From Iphione sp. A-MEVVRFRX5 (lineage: Eukaryota): 64,000 nt of DNA. The notes below the pieces were generated by a model. It was not told the origin of the DNA. It saw only the letters and a program-made list of their open reading frames with translations, and made no database searches. Below, one piece after another: positions 1-11,560 of this stretch. The position numbers and the translations under genes were made by a program. Location: the NCBI GenBank assembly GCA_976226885.1, contig OZ320313.1, positions 171,430,001 through 171,494,000 of the forward strand. The letters are read 5' to 3'. Position 1 is the stretch's first letter. Each line of letters starts with the position of its first letter.

Positions 1-76
1 GAGGATCACGCTACTGTGTGCACCGTCAAAACCAGCCGGGCACTCATTCGTCTGTAGAGGGAAAACCCCCCCTCCT

Positions 77-85
77 ACACACACA

Positions 86-152
<67 letters not shown>
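77..152. repeat. (AC)n microsatellite, representative of many others: (TA)n 4544-4583 and 10057-10100; (GA)n/(GACA)n 14594-14687; (TTC)n ~24980-25040; (GT)n ~22266, ~38430, ~53815, ~55045
   Basis: Direct inspection. Confidence 0.95.
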
Positions 153-155
<3 letters not shown>

Positions 156-1138
156 GGGACCAGGAGCACGTAGGGCACGCTGGATTTCAGCCAGGAATTC
201 GATTCTTCATCGTGTGTATATATATTGACTGTATACATATATACTGTATACGTATGCCTCTTGTCCACTGCCGGCGAGAGGGTGGAGACCCGTGAAAAGG
301 AGAGGACCATCGCCGATTGGCCGCTCCATTTATTTTTTGCCCGGGAAGCAAGGGTAGAACATGTTGAAGGTATGCTCTTATTACTTGTTGGTCGGACTCG
401 GGTATATGTAAACGGAGACAAAACCACCAAAGTCCCCCCTGTTCTCAGACCGTATGGTTAAGACCATTTCCAGGCGTTGGGGCGCTAAACCTTTGGAGGT
501 TTTTTTGTTGGTTTATTTTTTCACGTCGCCGTGAAATTGGTCGTATAGAATTCCGTTCGGTGGGAAAGGGAAAATAATTCGATTTGCGGACACTCTCTGC
601 TCTAACAGGAGGCCTTGGTAGAATACCCTGCGACGGTAAAAGGACGAAAAAAAAAACATGCACGGAAGTCTACAGGGCTGGGTTTGTTACGGTTTTAGTC
701 GCGCTCATTCACGGCAGAAGTTGATCACAAGAGGAGAGGTAATTGCATTGATCGTTCGATCGATTCTTTTCGTCCGACATTTTGTTTTCCCCTAACGAAG
801 GCAAACTGAAGTCGTTCCTGTTCCGGTTAGGTCCCTCACGCTCCTGTTCCGCGTATTAGATCCCTTTGGTTTCGGTCTTATCCCCCACGTCTATACATCA
901 TGGTGTATACAGAGTAGGCCGAATATTCTGGAATATTCTCTGGGATCAATCCCAGTCGAACCTGTTGAATGAAGAGTATGCAATTCGACATTATAACATT
1001 AGGCTCCTTTTCCCCCCCTGACTTCTTGTTTAAAATCCTTCCCCTTCTTCTATGGTGGGGGGGGGGACCACTATTTTCCTCAGATGAGAGGAAACGCGGT
1101 TGCGCTATGACCATAAATTTCATTTGAAATCTCCTTAC

Positions 1139-1236
1139 GTTGTTGGCGGCGGCGGCGGTGGGAGCGGCCGGGCTTGTTGCGCTGGTATTAGGCGGGATAG
1201 AGGTCGGGAAGCCTCCGCTTTCGGCCCCGAAGCCAT
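1139..1236 (-). CDS. Probable first coding exon of an unidentified divergently transcribed gene (MASGPKAEASRPLSRLIPAQQARPLPPPPPPT...)
   Basis: On the minus strand: gcaATGg ... ACA AC|GTAAGG. CpG-rich, with CCAAT-type boxes at about 1239-1247 and 1330-1335. No downstream exon recognised in 1-1130. Confidence 0.4.
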
Positions 1237-1540
1237 TGCCAATTGGTTAAGGAGGAAACACCGCAGAGTTGGCTTCCATACTGGCTTCCATACTGAAGAG
1301 AACGAGAAGCCAGCGCGGCTTTTCCCTTTGATTGGAACAGGAACAGAAGAAAAGGCTCGTGACAAAACATGCCGTCCAAGAAATGATGGCCGTTTTACAG
1401 TTTTGTTCTGAAGGTCTGGTGAGTTTTCTGGTGTTCATTATTAAGTCTCTGTTTTATGGTAGCAATATGTTAAAATAACATCAGATATTTGCACATTTGA
1501 AATGTAGTCGTATCTCCGTTGCTGTTGAGGGGTTGGTTCT

Positions 1541-2411
1541 GTAAGTCTGATTATCAGTCAAAAGTGCACGGTGTGTGGAACAGTCATGACAGCGTATTCG
1601 TAAACCGATCATCTACAGCTGACTTAAGCAGCCAATACATCTCCTCCTTCTTTAAACTGCAAACTGTCAGCATGTTGGTCCTGGATGTCTGATTGTCAGT
1701 CACGAGTGCACAGTGTGCGGAACAGTCATGACAGCATATTCTTAAATCGATCGCCTACAGCTGACAGCCAGACTTCAACAGCCAATACATCTCCTCCTTC
1801 TTTGAACTGCAAACTGTCAGCGCACTGGTCCCAGAAGTCTGATTGTCAGTCTTGAGTGCACAGTGTGCGGAACAGTCATGACACCATATTCTTAAATTGA
1901 TCGTCTACAGCTGACAGCCAGACTTCAGCAGCCAATACAATCCCTCCTTCTTTAAACTGCAAACTGTCGGCATGTTGGTCCCAGAAGTCTGATTGTCAGT
2001 CATGAGTGCACAGTGTGCAGAACAGTCACGCCAGCATATTCTTAATTCGATCATCTACAGCTGACAGCCAGACTTCAGCAGCCAATACATCTCCTCCTTC
2101 TTTAAACTGCAAACTGTCAGCATGTTGGTCCCAGAAGTCTGATTGTCAGTCATGAGTGCATAGTGTGCAGAACAGTCACGCCAGTATATTCTTAATTCGA
2201 TCATCTACAGCTGACAGCCAGACTTCAGCAGCCAATACATCTCCTCCTTCTTTAAACTGCAAACTGTCAGCATGTTGGTCCCAGAAGTCTGATTGTCAGT
2301 CACGAGTGCACAGTGTGGAGAACAGTCATGACAGCATATTCTTAAATCGATCATCTACAGCTGACAGCCAGACTTCAGCAGCCAATTCATCTCCGCCTTC
2401 TTTGAACTGCA
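1541..2411. repeat. 150-bp tandem repeat, about 6 copies
   Basis: ctccttc blocks recur at 1641, 1791, 1941, 2091, 2241 and 2391. Confidence 0.9.
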
Positions 2412-3319
2412 TATTTTATCAATTACAAAAAACACACTACCGGCTGAAAGAATCTTTCTTTTAGCAAAAAGACTAATGACTCACGAGATGCTGCCTTATA
2501 AATGAGTCGACAGGGAGCATAACAGAGCAGCAGAAGGAGGAGGAGGAGGAGGTAGCAGGTGTTGGTACATGCCCAATGGCCATTACAGGCAGGCTTCAGC
2601 TTACTGTGAACAATCGTACTGACCTCTATTTATTCGGCGAGCCTCTTGTAATTGAATTCTTTTACCGGTTCCGGGGAATGATTTTATCAACGCTGTCGCC
2701 AGCCGCCATACCCTGTCTCCCCTGTTTCCTCATAGGCTGGGAGGATATCGATATTATCTTTCTGTCGGGTGGCTTGAGTGAATCACAACTTTTATCTTCG
2801 CAGTTGGTTTGTGTTCAAGGAACTATCAAGATGTAGCTGATCGTTGATTGTCCGCGCGGTGTCGATAGAGACGACGATTTCCACGGTCGTCGATGGGGGA
2901 AGCCTCATACATAACGTCGGAGGATCTTTTCGGAATTCCATCATCGCTGTATGGCACCAAGCGCTTGCCTCAGGCTTTGTCGCAATAGGTTTTTCAAAAA
3001 TTAGATTTCGCCTTTCAGGTTCCCCATCTGATAAAAGATGAAGACGGTATATTTTTTATTCTCCCGGAATTGTGCCTAGCTTTAGCGGGCACCCTGACCG
3101 ATCTGATGAAATAAATAAAAAATGCTCGGCTCACTCGATTCTTTGGAAGTAGATGCCGCGAGGTGGCGCCCCGGAGGTGGGGTGAGGGCGGCCGGTAGAT
3201 GGCGTGTCTGTGGAGGCCACAGTTCAGTCGAAATGTCCGTCCAGCCTTAATAGCTTCTACACACAATCAGTTGGATGCAGACATGATTGCTTCTCACATG
3301 CCTCGCTTTACGTCCTCTA

Positions 3320-4180
3320 CACCCTCTACCGCCTGGTGGCGCGCCGGTTCTTCTCTCGTTGAGGTACAGTTCAGCCGACGACTTCAGTGGTGCCCACTGC
3401 CTCTCTCACTGCCAGGCTGCCACATCTCCTGGCAGCCAGTCATCCCCCACCACTCGGTGGTACACTGGTTCTCCTCTCATTGAGGTACCGTTTATCTGGC
3501 AACTTCAGTGGTACCCACTGCCTCTCTCACTGCTAGCCAGCCACCACACCACTGACCCCATCTCTTAGCAGCCAGTCTATCCTCATGACTCGGTGGTATG
3601 CTGGTTCTCCTCGCATTGAGGTACAGTTCACCCAACGACTTCAGTAGTTCCCACTGCCTCTCTCACTGAAGCCACTAGCAGCTTGTCATTCCCCATACCC
3701 ACCCCCACTGCCCAGTGGCACACCAATTCTCTCATTGAGGTTCAGTTCACCTGGTGACTTCAGTGATGCCCACTGCCTCTCTCACTGCTAGCCAGCCACC
3801 ACACCACCACCCCCCATCGCCTAGCAGCCACTCAGTCCCCACTCTCACCTCTACTACTCAGTGGCACATCAGTTCTCTCGTTGTGGTACAGTTCACCCAG
3901 TGATTTTATTGGTGGCCACTGCCTCTCACACTGCCAGCCAGCCACCACACCACTGTCCCCCATCTCTCAGCAGCCAGTCCTTCCCCGCCACTCGATGGTA
4001 TGCCCATTCTCCTCTCATTTAGGTACAGTTCACCTGGTGACTTTAAAATAGTGGTGCCCACTGCCTCTCTCACTGCCAGGCTGCCACCACACCACTGTCC
4101 CCCATCTTCTAGCAGCCAGTCATTCCCCACGCCACCCCCCACCACACGGTGGCGCGCCGGTTGTCGTCCTCATTGCCTAG
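3320..4180. repeat. Degenerate ~120-147-bp tandem repeat, about 6 copies
   Basis: Recurrent gaggtacagttca...cttcagtggtgcccactgcctctctcactg blocks. Confidence 0.85.
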
Positions 4181-4540
4181 ACTGGTGGGGATGCCCCGTC
4201 CCTATCTATGGTTATATCGCTCGAAAAGCGACCGCAGACATTGGCAGAGCGTTCTTATACCAGGAATCACAAGCCTGTCGCTGGCTTTCCCCCTCCTCTT
4301 CCCCCTCTCCCCTGTTGATTGGATTTGCCAGACCAGACCCTGTCGCGTTTGTCTTCCGAGCAGAGAAATACCTCAGACGCGAATCCCAGGATGCACACGG
4401 ACATTTGTAGTCGGGAGACGGGCGGGCGCCGCTCTTTTTTATGTTTTAGATCTCATTAATCACATCACTGCTTCCCCCCCCTCCGTCTTATACAATGGCT
4501 GTCGAAGTTTCCATACTGACATAGGAAGCTTCTCTTGTTG

Positions 4541-4585
<45 letters not shown>

Positions 4586-5149
4586 TGTGTAAAATCTTTA
4601 CAGGCGGAAGCTAATATTTATGGACTGTCAGAAGTTGTGTATAGCCTGTCAAGTTTGGGCGATATAAGCGCCAGACGCTAATAAAAGAGCCAGTACATCA
4701 AACCTGTGGGGAGGGGAGGAGCAGCAGGCGCCGCCTCCACGACCTTGTGACGGCAGTGCTATCTGGACCTGCCAGTTCCAGAGTCGTTACACTGAAAAGA
4801 CCCGACACGCCGACTCCCAGCGTTAGAAGGGAAGGAGCCCCCCCCCCCCCCCCCATCGTTCAGCGGTGAAGGTGGCGGGGGGGGGGGGGGTCGAGGGGCT
4901 GGGATAAAACTCGGCGGGGTCTTTTAGTGCGTCACCACGACCTACAGCATCCATACAAACTGGGATGTGCCTCGACCGACCGCCGGGTAAATACTTGGCT
5001 TGTTGGAGGACTCCGGTCTCTGGCGCCTTTAAGCGTCACCCATAAGAGTGAGAGGGGAGGTGTGGGAGGGGGAGGGGGCGTTGCTTTGCCTTCCGACTTG
5101 GCGGTGGCGGTGGCGGTGACAACTGCGGCTGCCAAGCTTTTGGTGGCGC

Positions 5150-5700
5150 CATCCCTCGGTCGGGCGCCTCGGACGGAACTTCACGCCGGATTGCCAGATG
5201 TCGCCAACGGTCGACACCGCGTGACTTCCGCCGCTCCCGTGGGAACGGACGCGGCGTCGAATCTATGGCGCCAGTCTGCTGCTTGTCCGCTTTGATTTTC
5301 GGTCTTTTTTTCCGTGTTTCTTTATAGAATGGAATATGGTGGCCTCCTTATATAATACGTGAACTAACTTTCGTGGATTTTTCTTTTAGCACCCCTCTAC
5401 TTATCTAACCACAGTTCTTTCAGTTGGAGTAAGTAAACATTGCCTGAGAGGATCTAGCTCGACTCTCATTGTCTGATTTAGGACTAGTTTGAAAAGAACA
5501 GGGGCCAAAGGGAGCAAGCACGACGAAAATCTCCCCGCATTCAACAGGAGGCACGGTCGGAACTCATCGCGCCGTCTGCCGACGATATGGAGAGAAGTAG
5601 GAACTGCCCCACACGCATGCGCAGACGCACCGACTCGCCAACTGCCAGCGGAAGCTAATCCGCCGCCGTTACCATGGTGATGGCTGCTACCGAGAAGGCT
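5150..5700 (+). promoter_or_regulatory. CpG-rich promoter-like region upstream of V1/V2
   Basis: High CpG density; ETS-like ACTTCCG at about 5224, YY1-like ATGGCG at about 5265, NRF1-like CGCATGCGCA at 5614-5623. Confidence 0.4.
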
Positions 5701-6115
5701 GATGGAACAACGCCGGGCCAGATAAAGAAAGAAAACAACAGCAACAACGGCTCAAATCTAGTTTGGGTTTTTCCTTCTTCTTTTGAAATGAGGAGCTAAT
5801 TAAGTAGCAGTGACAGCTGGTGGCTGACTTTTCCCTCCGTTGGAACGAGTTGCTCCAGTGAGGCATCGAGCAGCTCGGCCAGCCTGACAGGGCCATTACC
5901 CAGCAAGTGTTGGAAATAGGGCTTCGGGAGGTCGCTATACGGAGGAAGCGGGGCGAGGGGGGGGGGGAGATTGGCGGGTTTGGAAGGTATCGGAGCATAG
6001 CACCAAACGTCCGGACACCCTCTGACAGCCAGGTCTCCGTACCGTCCCCTGCTGGAACAGTTCTCTGCGATCGTGGACCGGGAGGAGATTATTATTACGG
6101 TGTGACAGGGCGACA

Positions 6116-6447
6116 ATGTCGGACGGTTCGTGTCGGCGGTGGCGGTACCAGGACGATCAGGAGGAGGAGGAGGACGCCGTCAGCCGGCCTGCCGGACACC
6201 TACTGACAGCCGGGCCTGTACTGACAGGCAAACCTCTACTGACAGCCGAACACATACTGACAGCCAGGCTTGTACTGACAGACAGGCACCTACTGACAGC
6301 CAGGCTGACAGCTGAACACCTACTGACAGCCAGGCTCCTACTGACAGTCAGGCTCCTACACATTCTGACAGCCAGGCTCCTACTGACAGCCGAACATCTA
6401 CTGACAGCCAGGATCCTACTGACAGCCGGTCCCCGCTGCCCAGGCAG
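6116..6447 (+). CDS. Candidate Homer variable first exon V1, largely made of an 18-bp minisatellite (LLTA repeats)
   Basis: acaATG ORF of 110 codons ending GGC AG|GTAGTG (phase 2). It could instead be a uORF ending 4 nt before the V2 ATG. Confidence 0.3.
6198..6428. repeat. 18-bp minisatellite (ctactgacagccaggctc), about 13 units
   Basis: Direct inspection. Confidence 0.9.
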
Positions 6448-6455
6448 GTAGTGCC

Positions 6456-6532
6456 ATGGCTATTGTGTGGCAGGACGTGCACGACGTGCTGGTGGCCGCC
6501 TGGATTCAGAGCCAGTTCCTGGGCAAGAAAAG
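6456..6532 (+). CDS. homer: Candidate Homer variable first exon V2 with GC donor (MAIVWQDVHDVLVAAWIQSQFLGKKR)
   Basis: Strong Kozak gccATGg and GC3-rich codons up to AAA AG|GCAAGA, after which composition turns intron-like. 77 nt = phase 2. Confidence 0.5.
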
Positions 6533-8142
6533 GCAAGACTTCTCTGTCCTTTGTATACCGTGTGTGTCCTACGTGTGTAGTTCGTCCCGTCGCCTCATAG
6601 AATGCATCTGCGAACTTTCGTTTACAAGTTCACATGTCGTGTGTACACTTTGGTTCATGTATACATATATCTATGTAGTTCTGATGGAGCTTCAGTTACC
6701 AAGGTTACTCTTTTATCGCACAGCCCCCTCTGGTGGAATGCATTGTGTTTAGGTGAAATAAATCTCCTGATTTTTTTTTTTACCGAGTTCACCTTTGGTA
6801 GACTACGACTTGAATATTGTATTGTAGTAAGAAACGAATGCCTGTCGAGACCGAGTAGACAATGGATGTCTTTTATATTTATCATTTTCATCGATCACAT
6901 GCTTTTAAGTCGCGTTGAAAAAATCACCGACGCAGAAAGAAACACACGACAGAGTAATTTGTCTGCTCATTGACTGGCCACGCTGTTTTTTTTTTTAATA
7001 AGTAACAAACGGAGGAAAAACAGGGAAGTGTGCACCATACAAACCGCATCGTATCATTTATGTTAGATATTATTACGGGGGCTTGTCAGTCAATCCCCCC
7101 TCCCTCCCCCAAAGGTTGGCGCTTCTACCGGTTTTTGTACGGCGACGTGCCCAATTCAGTCTCGCCAGAAAGAACGTACACACGTGTATATTATTTACGA
7201 CCGGTTGATTGCAGCTGTTTTTTTTAATGATAATTCACCCGATGTTTATCTGCAGTAACGAAACATACATAACGATGATGATGAGAGTGTGTCGACTTGA
7301 TTACTCACCCACCCACGTACATTTAGACCAAGTCTAGACCACATAGTGGTAGATGTGTTGTGTCAGTGAATTATTGAAGGTTTCGAAACTGACTGCTAAA
7401 TAACCGGCCTCAGATTTGAAGCCCTCGTCAGGACAGAAAATGGCCAGATTTCTTTAGTACGGTCCTCGTGCAGTTTACAGTTGATATGAGTCGTTAGGGA
7501 GTTTGAAAAAAAAAAGTTTTCCCCATGTCCCTTTGTGACCCTTGGTATAAAGAGGGTTAAAAAAAATCGGAGCTGCTGGGTGATTCCCCCCTTCTGGCTT
7601 TGAAAACAGATCAGGTCGGACAATGTCGACGTTCATATATCAGTGTAGACTGTGCAGCAGCGTCTCCTCCGCCCCCCCCCCCCCCCCCCTCCGAGTTGGT
7701 GGGTGAAGACGTTTGTGGTACTGATTACTGCCTGTTTCGGGGCTGTGGGTGGGGTCTCCCTAGTCCTGATCGTGCAACCCCCCCCCCCCCTCCTCTCTCC
7801 CTCGGTTCGTCTCTGTGACACCACTTAAATAGGAACATGTTTTTCGTCTTGGCCAACGGCCGCCACAGACAATCGGTCCATTTTTGTTTGACCGAAGGCA
7901 AGAGGCTGAACGGGCGGCGGCGGCGAGAACAAATGGCAGAGTGTGTCCAGAACTGCCTCCTCCTCCGCCACCGCCGCGCCACCTGACGACTCGGCTGGTC
8001 GTTGATCTAGAATGTCATCTATATTTAGCGGAGGAAGTGAGGCCAGTCCCCAAAAAAGGATTCAAGTAATGATAAAAAAAAAACTCAAGTAACCGAGAGA
8101 AATTTGGGGGTTGGGGGGAGATGTTGGTTGGTGACAAGCGTT

Positions 8143-8150
8143 TGACGTCA
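8143..8150. promoter_or_regulatory. Full CRE palindrome TGACGTCA
   Basis: Exact match about 700 nt upstream of the V3 ATG, next to a CTCF-like motif at 8175-8189. Confidence 0.4.
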
Positions 8151-8841
8151 TGTCGGATTAACGCTCATGTCGCAGCGCTCCCTGGTGGCGAGGTCAGGAG
8201 TTATTACTGACCAGCTCACTGTACGCTGTCGTCGTCGCCGTCGTTGTAGTTGACGGGAGATTAAACTCTTTCGACATCCCTGACTGTCAGGTTGGAGGAA
8301 CACCCCCGCCCCCCACCCTCCCCTTCCCCCTCCCCACCCTCACACTCCTTGCGGTCTCGTCAACTAGTAGAACCGCACTGGGGATGTTGTACCCCTTCAG
8401 TTGAGAGAAGCAGGAGGAGGAGGTGGTGCTGGTGGTGGAAGTGGAGGAGGAGGAGGAGCAGGAGGAGGTGGATCCGTTCAGCTGTACGTGTCGTTTACGA
8501 CTGACGCGATCCTACCGGGGGGTGGGGTGCTTGGGGGAGAGACCCTTGTCGTTGTATGTGGTGGAATCCCGGACACCACAGCCAAACCGTCCTCCTGCCC
8601 CAGAACCCCGCCAACTTGTGAACGGGGAGGAGTAGCAGGAGCAGGAGGAGGAGGAGGGCCAGTAGTAGCAACAACAGCAGCAGCAGGAGGAGGTAGGCTG
8701 TTACCGTTACCTTTCCTCGGCCTTCTCCTCGTCGTCTCCCCAGCTCTCCTGACACGGCCAGCAGATTGCTCCAGTGGCAGTGACATTGGCAGGAGCTTGG
8801 GGAGGGAGGGAAAGAGAGAGAGAGAGCTCCCTCCATCCACT

Positions 8842-8972
8842 ATGAGCAACTACAAGGACCCCCAGGCCGGCTGGAGGCAGGTACTCCACAGTCTGCCTCC
8901 AGGTGTCGCCCCCGTCGTCGCCGGCGATGACCCCGCTGACCCCAAGCAGCTTCGACCAGTCGTCATTCACAA
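8842..8972 (+). CDS. homer: Candidate Homer variable first exon V3 (MSNYKDPQAGWRQVLHSLPPGVAPVVAGDDPADPKQLRPVVIHK)
   Basis: actATG ... CAC AA|GTAAGA. 131 nt = phase 2. GC3-rich codons; CRE and CTCF-like motifs about 0.7 kb upstream. Confidence 0.65.
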
Positions 8973-10051
8973 GTAAGACTCAACGGTATCTTTTCATTAT
9001 AGACGATCTTTACGGCTCCTGGAGGCCCAGGGCAGAGGGAATAAATACACATAAAGGGGGCGCTGCTCGACAGGTTAGGGTAGAGGCACCAGGACACCGT
9101 CCGGGACAGGGTAGAGGCACCAGGATACCGTCCAGGATGGGAAGCAGCAGTTTAGATCAGCAGACGACAATTAGCGAGGAGTCCTTTAAAAAGCTAATTG
9201 TTGTGAATCAGAGCGATGTTATATCAGACTGCAGCACCTTTTAGGCCCTTTCCATCATAATTCAGTAAATGCAACATGAGAAATGGGTCTATAATGATAT
9301 TCCATGATGGTACAGCGAACTTCTTAATCAGTGATTTAAGGCGCATTGCTGAAAGTCACGTTGTTCTGCATCTTTGATCAGCGAGTCACGTCTAACAGAC
9401 GTGCTGATGTGTTTGTGTATGTAAACGTGTGTGTATGTCTGTGAATGTATGTGTGCGTGTGTATCTGTGAGTGTGTACTGATGTGTGTGTGTGTGTCTTG
9501 ACAGGTACAGTTTCATAGATAACCCCCCCCACACACACACACAGACCCACCCACCTACCCTCCCACCCTCCCTCCGGTCTGTGTGTAAGTTTGTTTGTAG
9601 ACGGTAAATCACACCGATCCCGGTAGGGGGCACTGGTTTTAAGTTTCCTTAGTTACAACAGATCCCAACGTCGATATCTCATTTAACAGTCTATCACAAC
9701 ACCGGCTTTCCGGGAGGCATATATCACTCAAGGAACTCCCTTATATTAAGTCGGAATGCCACATCATGGTGTGTGCTGGAGTGAGATATCAATGGCTCTT
9801 TGAGTTAACGGATGCGTTACTAAACTGGGTGTTGTTATATATAGCGTATAAATGGTGAGACATTACACCCTTGCGGTTGTCTTCGGTATGGCCTCTTTTA
9901 TGACGTGCACCCAGGGCGTGGGAAGTAATATGCTTTTGGTTTGTTCACGGGGGTAAAGCTCGACGATGGGAGAGAGAGAAAACTGGGTGAGAGACAGACG
10001 CGGCATGTGACAGTACAAACAGTGGTGATTCGACACCAAACATGTGTTCTA

Positions 10052-10102
<51 letters not shown>

Positions 10103-10219
10103 TGTAAATATCGACATTGCGCTATTAGTTTCAATCTCCTACCTTACTGTGTTGTTGTCTGGGGCTTGGAAATTGGGCTGGGTGGGGTGGGAGGTTGTTA
10201 TTTTATAAATGATGAGTTG

Positions 10220-10230
10220 ATGATGATGGG
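10220..10230 (+). CDS. Weak candidate canonical-type 'MG' first exon V4 (ATG ATG ATG GG|GTGGGT)
   Basis: The only ATGGG|GT I found upstream of C1. It mimics the vertebrate/Drosophila MG|EQPIF start, but the context is not promoter-like. Confidence 0.2.
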
Positions 10231-10869
10231 GTGGGTTTTTCTGTTTGTTTTTTTTCCTTCTCCAGCTGTATGACGTTAATAACTGGTCGTGACATCAGGC
10301 GAAGTTAAAGAGTTGGGCCTGTGATAGGAGAGAGCTTGGCGGAATGAGGCCACAGGCGGCGACGACCACAGGCCTGCCAGGAGCTGGGAGACAGACGGAC
10401 CAGAAATCTCCAACCCCCCCGACCACAGGCATGGTCTAAAGGAAATATTGGGCGGGCATCTTGAAAAGCGAGCTCTTCTTTATATCCTTGGGTGTCGCCG
10501 AAGTTTTTTTTGTTTTTGTTTTGTTTTGTTTTTTCATGGGAGGCGCTGACATAGTTCTGGTGTGATGCATTTTTCTCGCGATCATTACATATGGTCGTGG
10601 TTCTACACATCGTCTCGGTAAATATACTCGTATTTTCAATTTACAGCACGCGGCGGGCATACTTCAGGGGCTCTCTTTCGCGCCACATCTCCTTTTATTC
10701 ATCCTCGCATTTGACGAAAAAAAAGGCGAGGGGGGGGGGCCAAATGAACTCATCCCCCTATCCACAATGAGGAACATTCCTCAGGCTTGTAAATGTGTAC
10801 GTGTCCCTCTGAAACCAAAGCACGATGAAAACTACTTGTTGATGGTTCGATCTTGTTCACAGATCACTT

Positions 10870-11560
10870 TTTTTTTAACTTTGAATTTATATTTTTCTCG
10901 AAATAACCTGTTAAGGCCATTCATATTATATACACCATGGTTTGTTAGTAAACCGGTTACTCCACTTAAGTCCTTGTAGCCTTGAATCCTCCCAGCACCA
11001 TGCTTTCATAGTCAATGTAGAAAGCACAAAAAAAATTGTCAGAATTCATGTTTTTCCTGAAATATCCTGTTAAGGCTATTCATATTATATACACCTCAGT
11101 TTGGTAGTAAACCAGTTAGCCCTCTTTAGACCTTATAGCCAGCGGACAAGTTTGGAGGCTGAATCCTAACAGTGCCATGCTTTCATAGTCAATGTAGAAA
11201 GCACAAAAAAATCGTCATAATTCATATTTTTCTTGACATAATCTGTTAAGGCTATTCATATTTTACACACCACAGTTTGGTAGTAAACCAGTCATCCCAC
11301 TTTCAAGAGACCTTGTAGCCAGGGTACACGTTTGAAGGCTGAATCCTCCCAGCACCATGCTTTCTTCAATATAGAAAGCAGCCAAAAAAAATGTCCGAAT
11401 TCATATTTTTCTCGAAATATCCTGTTAAAGCTCTATTATACACACCACACTTTGGTAGTAAATCAGTCACCGCTCTTTAGACCTTGTTAGCCAGGGTGCA
11501 CATGTGGAGACTGAATCCTAACAGTACCATGCTTTCATAATCTACATAGAAAGCACAGAA
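10870..11560. repeat. ~177-bp tandem repeat, about 4 copies
   Basis: catgctttc...tagaaagca and ctgttaag...ttggtagtaaa blocks recur about every 175-180 nt. Confidence 0.85.

Noticed and set aside
1383-1418. MMAVLQFCSEGL|GTGAGT as a coding Homer first exon
   Set aside because: Phase 0, incompatible with the phase-2 acceptor of C1.
2156-2464. 102-aa ORF in the 150-bp repeat
   Set aside because: It is open only because the unit is a multiple of 3; no recognisable domain or splice support.
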